Notes: generated by a model from the letters alone, not told the origin. DNA of 64,000 bases from Isurus oxyrinchus (GCA_026770705.1 JANJGN010000034.1:2852001-2916000), one strand, 5' to 3'. Shown: positions 51,083 to 63,245, counted from the first letter of the stretch. Made by a program: numbers and translations.

Positions 51083-51100
51083 CTTTGCTCAACTTCTTCT
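51083..51100 (-). CDS. Microexon 6 (18 nt, shortened 27-nt type): EKKLSK
   Basis: cgtttttttatcaatattag|AG AAG AAG TTG AGC AAA G|gtaagg; shares AAGTTGAGC with exon 14 and fills the short-exon slot. Confidence 0.8.
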
Positions 51101-53166
51101 CTAATATTGATAAAAAAACGTGATTTAGGATAATTAAAGAAAGGGTCAACAATGATTATTTGTGGAACTGATAACATCTTGTACTATCGTGTAAAATCGG
51201 ACATTATTTCACATTTCATGCATTCACGTTGCATGGATGTTGCACCTGTATTTTACGGATTGTGAAATGTCCTATTGAAGCAATAGGTGCCCAGAATCAA
51301 ACAAACACATAAGTGGATGCAAATATTCATACCATACTAAACTTCTGCGAGGAAGAGATATCCAATGAGTACAAATCGTCTGTTATTTTTCCATAGCTTT
51401 ACATATGTTTCCTTTGCCAATATTTTTCCAACTTCTGTTTGAGTTACAATTGAATCTGCTCCCAACCCTCTTTCAGGCCACATATTCTGCTTTACAGAAG
51501 TCAGTTAAACTAACAAAATGATATTCCTTTTGGCGTCCTCTACGTATGGACCTCCTGATGACCGATAGCTGTTACCATTTGTTTTCTCTTGCACGAGGAG
51601 CTTTGGAGATTTTGAAAACTCCTGTTGCATCTCCACATGAGCATCTCTGGTGTAACGAGAAGAACCGTAGGATTTCAGGGTCTCTCTGCAACAACAAGCA
51701 GCATTGTATAAAAAGGATCAGGCGATGACCATGCCACCCCTCAACTCTCTCCGCCATTCAATAAAACCTTCTGCCTCAAAACTACTTTCCCAGGCGTCAC
51801 CCCCAAACCCTTTGAACTATGACGTGTCCCCTCATCTCAGTCCTGAAATATCGACCCGTTAGCATGACAATAGGGCCTGGTATTCTAATTCCCCTTCTGA
51901 AACCGACAACCTCCGAGCCTACAATATCAACTCACTATGATATCGTGCATCTTTCCTTAAGGTCAGCTTCTTTTGCACTTCCCAGAGTATAGACCACGTC
52001 ATCATTGGACAGCCCCTTAATCCCAGCAATCAGTTTAGAGAACATTCACCGCACTGCCTTCAATGTGGCCACATCCACCCTTATGTACGGAGACAAATGC
52101 TTTGCATTGTACCCCAGGTGAGGGCTCACCAAAGCCTTGGACGGAGTTATTCCTATGTACCATCCCCTTGAAAGGAGTTCTACTAGGTTGTATCCTTCAT
52201 AATTGCTTGCAGTACATACACAATTACTCTCTGCATCTGAACAACCACATCATTGGTAACATTGTGCTTACTCGTCTCGGCACCCTTTCTCAGAATGTGC
52301 TTTTTTTTCAAACTGTAAACTATTATTAATATATTGAGAGTCACATGAGTATCAAAACTAGGATCAATTTCAGGGATGGTCCAATTTGTGGAACAATGAG
52401 CCGCAACTCCCCTGAGACTTGTCTGTTGATCTCCCCTGTAATCAACATCTCCATCCGATTCATTCCATTGTCTTAAGGCTAGCCACCTCCACGCTTCTCA
52501 CACACGAGTGTCCTGCGAACGCAGACATTACAGGACCAGAGCAGAACCCTGGTTTTATTCTGGATTTACATGCGCAGCTTCCCTCCTTACTCCATTACTC
52601 GCTACCGGATAATTCTTCTATTTATTTTTCCATGATCCTCAGAGAAAATAAAACACTTTCTTTTTTTGCATTACATGACTAGCTTTCTCTAGAAAAATGA
52701 ACAGCGAGTCTTAACATGATTGAGGTTTTCAAAATGGTGAAAATGTACAATAAGGCACACAGATTATTGCAATTACTTGTAAGTCAGTCCGAAGAAAACA
52801 AAGGCGATAGATATTCAATTCTATTGGAAATTTAATGGAACCTTCCAGGCACAGAAGGTGATAATAATGCAGTTAACCTTCTGACATAAAGTTTATAGAA
52901 CTGTTATATCTGAAATCCGAATTTACTTTGCATAATTCTGGGGCAGAGATATTATCGGCAGGTGGGTGCTAAGTGTGAACAACATGACTAGTCCATGCCC
53001 GTTGAATGCAGCACAGAGATTGAAGAACGCTGGATATAAATGTCACCGTGTTATGAATTTTTGTGTGTGTCATTGCACCAAAAGAAGGAAATTTTATACT
53101 GATATTCGTCGATAATAAACACCGGAAGTGGTGAGCCAGGACAACAATTTTCTTCTCATTCATTAC

Positions 53167-53202
53167 CTGTATCCAGCAAAAGGTCTGAGATTTTTTCTAT
53201 TT
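53167..53202 (-). CDS. Microexon 5 (36 nt): EIEKISDLLLDT
   Basis: ctgtttactttctacag|AA ATA GAA AAA ATC TCA GAC CTT TTG CTG GAT ACA G|gtaatg. Confidence 0.92.
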
Positions 53203-54233
53203 CTGTAGAAAGTAAACAGGAGCTATTGAAAAACAACTGTTTATGACTGATACGCTCTTGGCGCTATCAGCTAAGTTAAGGGGAAAGTGGTAATGGGAGA
53301 CCAAGAGATGGGGATAATGTGTAAATGCGAGAATATGAAGTTATTTGGGTTAAATGGGACAAGACACGAGGGCAAATTGGCGGCATTGCATCATCATCCC
53401 GTTCTATGCATCGCCCTACATGAAATTCTGTTTATTAACTGGTTGATGTGAATATGTGGGTGCCCTATTAATGCACAGGAAGGAATTACGGTTGGTCTGC
53501 GCCCCCGTACCTGTCCACTTTCACAGTGAACAAGTCCAGAAAGGGCGCACCTGTGGCCAATGGACCAAACCGTGCAATATAAGAGGTTTCTATATTGCAG
53601 AACAAGAAAGCTGGGGCATGGCAGATAGCTGATTGAAGCCAATGGCATTGGACCTGTGAATCGTATAGCTTTCCAATATGTGGGGTTCCCTGGTCCATTG
53701 TCTCGGTCTGCTCTAGACCGATATTGACTTCCTTGATCAGTTGCTAACTCCAAAATTGCTGCATCTTTCGGAAATCACAAAGCACATTGAACTAGCGAGC
53801 AATCAGACACAGGGGCTCTGGTGTTGTTAACTTGGCCCCTGCAGACAGGAAAAGGAGGGGAAGCAAAATTTGAATGCAAATTTTATCGCATAAATAATCA
53901 GCATTCTCAATTATTACCAATGCGAGCCATGAGAAAAAAAGTCGATATCTAAAACCATCACGGTACAAAAGGCACAACAACACAAATTCAAACTGGGGCG
54001 AAACTAAGTACAGCAGATCATCCGACACTGGTTTTAAAAGTAAATCTTCTGGAATGCCACTGTGAAAGCAAATAATTTAAAACTGAACTGGACACAAGAG
54101 ATCAGACAGTGTCTGCTGTCTCCCCCACATAACCTGATTTCTACCACGTGAAAATGCACTATGAAAGGTTTCTTGATGGCAACGAAAAAAACCTATAAAG
54201 AATAGTTGTACCATCAAACTGCCCCATTCTTAC

Positions 54234-54260
54234 CGAGAGCACTTTTGTTCAACTTTTGCT
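54234..54260 (-). CDS. Microexon 4 (27 nt): EQKLNKSAL
   Basis: attgttctttaatcag|AG CAA AAG TTG AAC AAA AGT GCT CTC G|gtaaga. Confidence 0.88.
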
Positions 54261-54379
54261 CTGATTAAAGAACAATGGTGATTATCAATCCCGTTGAAAA
54301 GAGCGAAAAAATAGTACCAAAGATTAACATTGCATAGATAAAAGAACAGAAATGTAACTCAGTGACAATAATGTGAAAT

Positions 54380-55030
54380 TATGAGGGCTGGTTGAGCAAT
54401 GGAAAATTAGGAGTGGTTTGATTAGTTGTTTAGAAATTAAAGGATTTTCATTAATGTAGATTAGAGAGAAATTATATCCTCATTTGGGGGTCCCGATTTA
54501 AGGGTAATTCCACGAAAAAACTTTTTGCGCAAATTAGAATGCAAATTGTTGATGACATTTCCGTTCAAACTTTAGTCACTGGGATGGGTGTTTGTATCTC
54601 TTGCAATGGTATTAAGGGCATTGGAAGAAAGGCAACCAAATTGAGTTAAGAACACAGGAACAAAGCAATTAAGAGCATGAATCAGTTATTCAGCCCTGTG
54701 AGCTCCCTCCTCTATTCAATGAGATCGTGCCTGATCTTCTACTTGAATACCATTTTCCTACACTCCCCCCTTACTCCTTGACGTTTTTAATTTTCAGAAA
54801 TCTCCAGATCTCAGCCTTGAATTAACCCAACAACTGAGCTTGCACAACCCTATGGGGCAGATAATTGCAAAGATTCATCACCTTCCTAGTGTGGAGTTTC
54901 CTCCTCATCTCATTCCGACATGACCCGCCCCTTATTTAAAGAAAGTTAATGTGCAGCTCAGCCCTGATCGAATTGACTGGTTGGGACAAGCTGTAATGCC
55001 TTTATGAGAAGTTACCGGTTTGCTTTATCA
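54380..55030 (+). mobile_element. CR1 3' end containing a nested minus-strand CR1 3' fragment (about 54650-54943)
   Basis: Plus-strand 3' UTR breaks at gagttaag and resumes at aagttaatgtgcagctcagcc; AGTTAA on both sides. Confidence 0.7.
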
Positions 55031-55409
55031 CCACTCCTTGCACCAGAAACATGCCATGTACATCTAGGTATCCAAATAAGTGAACTCTGAACCTGGCACC
55101 ACGTGGACAGGCAGATTCAAATCTTGCCGAGTAATTTGACATAGAATGAAATAAATTTTACGTTATGCCAATTTCGTGAATATAGTGTGAATGCCCAGTG
55201 TCTGATCTCTCCACTGGGCCAAAGCGTAATTGGCGGGGGTGCGGGTGGGATGGGGGGTGGTTGGTGGTGTTGAGAAGTTAAATTTAGGCAATTATGTTGA
55301 GTAAAATAACTTATCGGTGACAACATGTAATGCAAATGTTAGGTAGTAATTATATGTGCTGTTGCTGAGCTCTATGTCAACTTACATAGACCGTATTATA
55401 TATTTTTGG

Positions 55410-55748
55410 CATTTATTCCTTGATGGGAAATGGGCAGCATGGTCCAGGCCAGCATTTGTTGCCGACCCCTAATTGCCCTTAAACGGAGTTCCTTTCTAGT
55501 CTATGTTGGAGGGCAGTCAACATTCAGCAACATTGCTGTGGGTCTGGAGTCACATGCATGTTCGACCAGCAAAACGGATTTCATTCCCTTAAGTACATTA
55601 GTGAGCAAGAAAGGTTGTTACGACATAGTCACGGTTATTGAGTCCAGCTTTATATTCCAGAACTTGTTAACTGAATTCAAAGTCCACCAGCATAAGGCTG
55701 GGTCTCTGGATTACTAGCCCAGTGACAAAACTTCAACGCCACAATCCC
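55410..55748 (-). mobile_element. tRNA-headed SINE sharing its 3' tail with the 50300 LINE family
   Basis: Tail similarity to 50300-50370; related decayed copies near 23060-23330 and 31330-31670. Confidence 0.6.
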
Positions 55749-55986
55749 CTCACCACCGCCCCCTCCCGCGCCCAGATATAGACTGCTTTGCATAGCTGTA
55801 CATTTCCGCAATGGGCCTGTTCCCCTGAATAGAATTGAAAACACGTAATTGACAAAAAAGTTGCTCGGTCCTGCTTTTGTGTGGTGAAGGGTACATATCT
55901 CCTGATATGACATGCTAAAACGTGAAGGCGTTCTTGCACTCAAACGGAGTTTCAAAATACACTTCAAAATGATGCCTTCTATTTAC

Positions 55987-56022
55987 CTGCATCTTGCACA
56001 CGCTGCTTCAGAGTTTCTATTT
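55987..56022 (-). CDS. Microexon 3 (36 nt): EIETLKQRVQDA
   Basis: cttttctttctctacag|AA ATA GAA ACT CTG AAG CAG CGT GTG CAA GAT GCA G|gtaaat. Confidence 0.92.
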
Positions 56023-57549
56023 CTGTAGAGAAAGAAAAGTGACAATTTGTTAGGATGGTGTGTGGATTATCAGTGAAGTCAAGAGTATAAACTAAACTAA
56101 GTGATCCCGCTAGCATTGACACAGGTGATTGAGCACGAGAAGCAGGAGAGATTGGCATGTCTAAGTAAGTCCACCTTATGAAAATAATGAAACATTGCAA
56201 GCACTGCTGAAAACTCCAGCGGACTGATCCCTGCAGAGAGCTGCATGACATCATGAGAATACATTAAGGGAATTCCGATTTCTGTGACAATAGCTAGAGG
56301 CGTCCATCCTCTCGCTGAGGCCTGTCCTACTAATTCCTTCATGGCTGTTTATCCTTTAGCACAACTTCCACGCAATTTCTCCATGCAGGTTCATAGCCTC
56401 CACTGACAATCTAAGACTGATTTCAGATCTGTCACTGACAAAGCCGAAGCAACATCGTGAACTATTTGAGGGAGAATGTTCCTATTTTCCAATATAATTT
56501 TTGGGAAAATGCGCTCCTGTTTCTATCCCTGTGTGGCTGGTCTATAATATGTCTACTGTGTTCGTTTGGATTTGATTTTCGACAAGAAATGGTTCCTGTT
56601 GTTTGTTCCTAGACCCTTGAGGTAAAGCAAACATTAGATTTGCTCTTCCTGATGTTTCTTGTTCCTTAGTTATTTCATGATTTGTTCATTTGTGTTCCCA
56701 AAGTTTTGACCCTCGGAATTCTCGTCTTCAAAATCTGCCTGGTTCATGGATTCAGTGAGGAAACTGCAAACATTTGGAGGGAAACTTAAACGTCCAATGG
56801 AACCCGATTATCAGGGATCAGGTAAGTACAAGTTGGGAATCCTTTTCACACACCACACTATTTAACTTTGCATTGTTTTGGCAGTGCTCTCTTAAAGTGC
56901 CACCCCTTTAACAGGTGGCAATGCTGAACGGCATTCTTGCCTTCTGTGATGACACACTACTTGATGAAGAAAGAGATTTGAAAGATGGCGAAAGGCCTTC
57001 TATTTGGACAGCTGCAGTCAGTCTGGTGAAGGTCTTCCCCACCCCTCCTCCTCACCCACCCTCACCAAATGACTTTTCGATAGGGATTTCGAGGATTTCA
57101 ACACAGCGACTATTATGGACGGGCAATAAAGCTCCAAGAGTTTTCTGTGACTGAAACGGGAGGTGGTAGGTAATTGTTCTCCCATTTCATCTATTTGACA
57201 GGTCTTGAGCTGAGGGAACAGTATGAACAAAAGCGCATGAATAAAGTGTGATACTGTGTTTCAGAAGTGAACATGAAACTGTAATGAAGGGACTCTATAA
57301 TAAGCCACAAATCTACATTGCCCCATTACCCACCTGATAGAAAGATAAATTTAGAGAACAACGCCAGCAGAATGGAGGACGAATACTTTCAGTTGGTGAC
57401 TGTTACAATGAAGTCGCCAGACAACATTTAATCTCCAACATTGTAAACACTGGGAGGTGGGTGTGTGGGGACGGGGCACAGGAGAGGTGGAGGGAGGACC
57501 AGGGGGAGGATTATTTTAATCAGTCATTGAATTTGAGCGCTATTGCCAA

Positions 57550-58590
57550 AGCCAGAATTTTTACAACACAGAACGAGGCCATTTGTTCCATCGTGTCTGT
57601 GCCATCTCTCATTTGGACCAATTTATTTAGTGCCACTCTCCCACCTGCTCTCAATGACCTTGTAAATTATTATTTTTCAGATAACAATCTACTGATCTCT
57701 CCTCTTGAGCGTCTTGATTGGACCTACCTCCACCATAACCTCAGAGCATGTATCTTTTTTCTTTTATTCGTTCCGAGGATGTGGGTTGCCTAGAGAAGCA
57801 TTAACCTAATTGACCTTGGGGAAGTGTTGTTTTTCTGCCTTTGTTGCAGTCTGTGTGTTGTATGAACATCCACAGAGCTGCTAGGCAGGTAATTTCAGGT
57901 TTTAACTTAGCCACAAGTATGTAACGGCCATATCATTCACGTTAGGGTGGTGTGTCACTTGGAATGGAAATTGTACGTCTTCAAAAACAATTGCTGCCCT
58001 TGTTATTCTGGGTGGTAGTGGTCCAGGTTTTGTCAGATGTGGTCGAAGGAGTTGCAAACATTACTAACCACTCGCTGGATGAAAAAACTCCTCATGTTGC
58101 TGTTAAAAAAAATGCCTTTTAGCTAAAATTTGTGCTTTGTTGCTCACGTTCCTTCCATTAACGGGAAGATTTCTCACAGCCTACTCTTTCCAAACACTTT
58201 ATGTTTGGAATGCCTCTGTCAAATTTCCTCTCAATCTTACCTTGTCCACTCGAAATAGCCCAGATTTATCCACTCGATTTAGGTAACAAAATTTCATCAA
58301 ACTTGGGAAAATTCTCGTGAATCTTCTCTGCACTCTTTCAAATTCACTTACATGTTTTTTGAAGTGCGGCGTCCAGAAATTGATACAATCCTCCAGTTGA
58401 GACCATTTATATAAGATTTACTTAACTTCCTTGCTATTATTCTCTATGTCCCCATTAATATAGTCTATGATACTGCATGCATTAAATACTGCTCGTTCAA
58501 TGATTTATGCACGTATGCACCCATGTTCTTCCAACCAAATCGAATTTTCACTGAAACATCGCCAAGTTAGTTAAATACGATTTGCACATG
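57550..58590 (-). mobile_element. Decayed CR1 3' portion interrupted by a second-family LINE 3' end (about 57755-58050)
   Basis: Similarity to 395-937 and to 50300-50580. Confidence 0.6.
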
Positions 58591-58599
58591 GAAAAACAA

Positions 58600-60790
58600 A
58601 ATGGGCCAAGATATTAGCAAAAAAAAATGCAGTGCAACAATGTGAAAGATTACAAACGGTGTTCTATCTGGTGAAGGGAGATATATTCTGCTAAGCACTT
58701 ATTGGACTCTACAGGGGAAAAAAAAGACATAACAGAGCATTTGCGGTTTTGGAAGGAGGCAAGCATTCAGTACATATGGAGCAGAGGGATACATAAGACG
58801 AAAAGCTTAACAGAAAAGTTTAAAAAAAGGAGAAAGATGAAGAAACACAATTAAACTAAATTTCCAAGGAATGCAGGATGAAACAGTTAAATAATTTACA
58901 AGCACATCGGAAAAAAATTAAAGTTTCAGATAGGAGTAGAATTCATTACTAGATATATGACACAAAGCACAATTGACAATAGAGAGGTGGCAGAGAAAAA
59001 AGAAACTTCACTTCGGTGTTTACCAGAGAGATAGGACAAGTAGACATGTAACTGAATTGTGAGATAAGTAATACAAGAATGCATTTATAACAAACAGAAA
59101 GACATATTGCATAACGCAAATGAACACATGGGTGATAAAGTCCACGGTTCGGATAGATTGTATTCAGGTATTTTAAACCCCTCTAGTGAAGATGTAGCAA
59201 ATGCATCCCTACTCGTATGTAATGATACCTTAGAAAAAGATGCTGTGTCAGAGAACCGAGGAAACAACTACAATAGTTCCTAAAATAAACAACGGGAGAA
59301 AATATGTCCATGGATTTTTAGATCAGCAGCTTAAACACAGTCATAGGAATAATAATGAAATGATCGCTAAAACAGAGAACAGGAGAACATCTAGGAATGA
59401 GGGGTGTGATAATGAACAGCCAGCATGGATTTGAATGTTTTGAGGAGTCAATAGAGAAGGTTGACAGTCCTTGTGCAGTAAGCCAGTAGATATTATACCT
59501 CTGGATTTTCAAAAAAAGGACTTCGATATGGTGCCACATAATTACCTAATGGACAAGGTAAGAGACTGCAAAGCCATGCACAAGAGGCAGAATGGATTGT
59601 TAGCTACTTCAAAGACAAAAAAAACAGCTTGTGTTCAACGTGTTGGGTGTTCGGAATGATGACAGTGGAAAACCTTCATCCTTAGCGTTGGGACGACAAT
59701 TCCCCTTCATTTTATATCAAAAAATGGACTTCGGAATGAAAAACACAATCTCTAAATTCGTGGATGACCCCATTTGGAGGTACAAGGTCAATAGTGCGAA
59801 GGGCTGCAACACGTTTTAGGAGCACCCCATAAACATATAGAATGGGAAATAGTTGGCAAAATCAGTTGCACAAAAGATAAGTTAGATGTGTTACATTTTG
59901 TTAAAGGGAATCGAGAGGTCAATTATTACCTGACAATTGAAAGGTCACACATTTTTGATAATATCCCCATTGAGGGATAGTGGACAGAGTTATTGTCAAG
60001 CTGTTGGTTCGGGTTCAACATGCCCTGGAGTGAAATTGGACCTTGAATGTTGGAGTAAGATGCACGGTCGCCAAGTAGTGACCCACAATTCTTCTGATTA
60101 AGTCAAGGTGGGGAAGCGGATAAAGGGATCTCGGAGTCCAAAGCATCAACCACTGAATGTCTTTCCATGGATTAGGAAAGCCATAAAAAATGGAATACAA
60201 CAATCAGCATTATTTCGAGTAATGCATTTCAAAAGAGTGGAAGCGAATCTCAACCTCTGGTGAAATTCATTGGGCCGCACATGGCAAAATGTGCGCATTT
60301 CTGGTCGCCATAGGATAGAAAAACATATCAAGACAGCAGAGGGCAAAGATAATTTTAAAAAGTTGGTGCAAGGAATGCGTAGGAACACAATCTAGGAAAA
60401 CATTGGAATGCATAGAAAATAAAAGGTCGAACGGTGATTCAGTAAAAACATTTACAATTCTGACATATTTTGGTAGGTATAACACAGAAACAATGCTTCC
60501 TTTTGTGTGGTAAAGAATAGCTAGAGCCCATAAAGCCAAGATAGCAACAAAGACAACTCTAAGGGGATCCAGAAGAAACTTATTCTAAATAAATAATAAT
60601 AAAGCTATGGAGCAGGCTACCACAAGTAGTGATGGAAGTGTGTGGTATAGATACGTTCAAACGGAAATTAGACAAATACACAGAGGAAATTATTATGAAG
60701 TTGGTTATGCTTGCAAAATTAGGTCGAAAAATTGGCCGAAGGCTCGAGTGGAGCTGAAGCACCGCCATGGACTGTTTGGGACAAACGGTC
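58600..60790 (+). mobile_element. Long decayed CR1 ORF2 with 3' end
   Basis: VDIIPLDFQK..DMVPH, TISKFVDD motifs; 3' UTR near 60740-60790. Confidence 0.8.
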
Positions 60791-61430
60791 CTGGTTCGTC
60801 ACCATATATCCAAGTAATGCATTGTAATCCTATGGATGCAGTAGCAATACAATGTGGGAACATGATGCACACATCACTCAAAGCTGTGACGCCAGTTAAT
60901 AAGGACATTTACGTTTATATTGGTTATATAGAGAAGAGATTGCATAAAATTCGTGAAAGTTCAAACAAACGGGGCCCTTTTCTATAGAAAAGCACAGCCC
61001 AAAGTGTGACCCAAGGTAGGTTTTGGCAATCATTAACGCTTTGAATAGAAGAAGGAGTGGCACTGCTTTTCATTGTAAGGAAGACATCAATAAGAGACTG
61101 TCGACACTCGATAATCAGCATGAATTTAAATAGAGAACTCTAGGGAAACCCGTTTACTGAACGTGTGCTGAGTATATGAGATTTGAAAGTCAGTACAAAA
61201 AGGGGTGGTTGAAATAAAGAGTATTGATGCATTAACCGGGAGGCTAGCCATATGAATACAGACTAAACTGATAGCGTCATTTGAGGAAGTATGGGAAGAA
61301 CTTTGTGTGCATAGATGTCATCGCGAACTCGTTGTTCTCACTTTCCTGTTTCTATGATGTATGTTCCATATAATCCTATGTAATTGTACGCAAAACAGCT
61401 CACGATGGAAATGCAACGTTATATGTTTAC

Positions 61431-61457
61431 CTTTGATCTTTCCCTTCATACTATTTT
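61431..61457 (-). CDS. Microexon 2 (27 nt): ENSMKGKIK
   Basis: caaaatctctttcag|AA AAT AGT ATG AAG GGA AAG ATC AAA G|gtaaac. Confidence 0.88.
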
Positions 61458-61679
61458 CTGAAAGAGATTTTGTTACCATTAATGACAGGAACAGCAATAA
61501 GAGAAGGCAGGTAAGTGCAAAATGAAGAATTGACTTAAGATCAAGAATCAAAACACAATGGATTTTGTGGTGAAGGTAAAATAAGAGAGGAAAAAAAATA
61601 ACAAAAGTTAACATATTTAGATGAATTAGGGAAGACCACGAAGAATATGAAGGTAGGAGAGATGGGTAAGAACAAAAGG

Positions 61680-62360
61680 ATGATGAAAAGGAAGAACAGA
61701 AATCTATAGTGATTACATCGGAGGTGTTCAAGAGGCCAGAATTTGAAGATGACAGAGAGATTAATGTGCAGTTAAGGTGCAGGAAGTTATAGAAATAACC
61801 AGCGGGCGTGAAAGGATGTGACTGGAATTGGAAGCAAGGATGAACATATTCCACCAAGTTGTTGCAATGCTGGAAGCCTCTGTATATCAGCGAGTGCAGG
61901 GGTGATGGTCGGGAGCAATTGGTAGTAATTAAGTCACCAGCAGCAGCGTTTTGATGGCTTTGCACTGATGAAAGGAGGGTTGGTGGAAAGATCACAGCTC
62001 GCCCAGGAGAAGATTGGTATAATCAATTTCCTGGAGAGCAAAGACATTAAATGGATGAGGGTTTCATCAGAATGAGTTGAGGCAGGAGCACAGGAGAGTG
62101 GTGTCACAAAGGGGAGAGGCTGCATCAATACTCTGGGTGAAGACAGTTATGGAGTCGAAGCTGAGCTCCTGGTCAAACCTGACGCCTAGTTTTCAAAAGG
62201 CCCCGTGCAAGTGCATGAAGTTTTTCGGGAAAGGGATTGAATCCGGGACGAGGATGTGGGGAATGTTGAAAAGCAGAGCAAGTAACTTCAGTGGTCCGAA
62301 TAATTAGGCAGAGAAAATTTCTCATTGTCGGCAGAGTTGGTTGAATGACAATGCAAAGGC
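61680..62360 (-). mobile_element. Decayed L2 LINE
   Basis: Similar to the minus-strand L2 segments at 32900-33400 and 47850-48200. Confidence 0.5.
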
Positions 62361-62485
62361 AGTTACCTAATTTTATTAATTTAGTTTAATTGTTTAAACT
62401 CTAAAAGAGTTATAAAGGCAGTTATATTCGGAGTTCATCGTCCACCGGAGCTGGTTCCGGTTCAAACTCTTGATGCAACTGATTC

Positions 62486-62505
62486 TGTGTCACTAGGGGG
62501 CAGAT
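62486..62505 (+). promoter_or_regulatory. Candidate CTCF site
   Basis: TCACTAGGGGGCAG closely matches the CTCF core CCACYAGRKGGCRS. Confidence 0.45.
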
Positions 62506-62759
62506 TGCAGATGATTCTTGGGGAACTTCCTTAGTTACTGGGCTAGCACAGGAAGAGAAGCTGTTGAAGAAGATTTCAATGTGGGGAGGTCGAGATTCGC
62601 TTCTTGTCAATTTATTGAACTGAAGAAAATGTTACTATTTTCTCTCCCTTCTGCTTGCAACAGGATCACAATACACAGAGGAAAAGGCCAATAGAACTAC
62701 AGGGACCATAGCTATGTTATTTCCCGTATTGAAATACGTAATCAAGTTTTTCCACTGAC

Positions 62760-62795
62760 CTGCATCCTTAAGGACGAGTTTTAGATTTTCCAGCT
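62760..62795 (-). CDS. Microexon 1 in window (36 nt, phase 1-1) of coiled-coil repeat gene: (E)LENLKLVLKDA
   Basis: Minus strand ctccttgatttttcag|AG CTG GAA AAT CTA AAA CTC GTC CTT AAG GAT GCA G|gtcagt; same length, phase and heptad pattern as the other 36-nt exons. First residue depends on the upstream exon. Confidence 0.88.
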
Positions 62796-62809
62796 CTGAA
62801 AAATCAAGG

Positions 62810-63245
62810 AGTGGTCAGTTTGGTACTACCCTTGCCTCTGGGACAGTGCGTAATCGTTTCGATACCAAGTGAGAGACACAGATAGATATCTCTGTTCAAG
62901 CAATCAGAATTGATAGAGTGATGCATTAATGACGGTGCCTTCTTTCAGATGAAAGGCTGAACAATGTTTCTGACTCAGATGGATACAAAAGGAGCACAGC
63001 CAGGAATTTAAAGCAAAGAGATCAATTGATGTACTGGGACAATCTATTACAAAAAAAAACAGTGAAACAAAGTAATTAATTCGTCCATTGTAGCTCATTC
63101 CTGCCTATGGAATGATGCTGTGCGCCAATTGGCTACTGCCACTCTGACTAAACTTCAACAACATTTATTTCGACATTTAATGACGTATTTGGCTCTTTAA
63201 AGTCGCTGCATAACTACAAGTGCTTTAGTTATATGTAGAAATTCC
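62810..63245 (+). mobile_element. tRNA-headed SINE with Deu-like core (DeuSINE type)
   Basis: ggtgccttctttcagatga and gctgtgcgccaattggct resemble Deu-domain motifs as I recall them. Confidence 0.55.

Noticed and set aside
56700-57000. Plus-strand CAG|GTAAGT donor at 56822 and acceptor at 56914
   Set aside because: Spliced product has only a short ORF with no recognisable product and no supporting exons.
61318-61995. 225-aa minus ORF
   Set aside because: Low-complexity pyrimidine-rich and L2-derived; only the 27-nt exon inside it is supported.
62422-62610. Protein-like minus ORF (PVTKEVPQ...DDELRI) with downstream AATAAA at 62372-62377 as a terminal exon
   Set aside because: Its candidate acceptors are phase 2 for that ORF, incompatible with the phase-1 gene; in phase 1 they hit a stop within a few codons.
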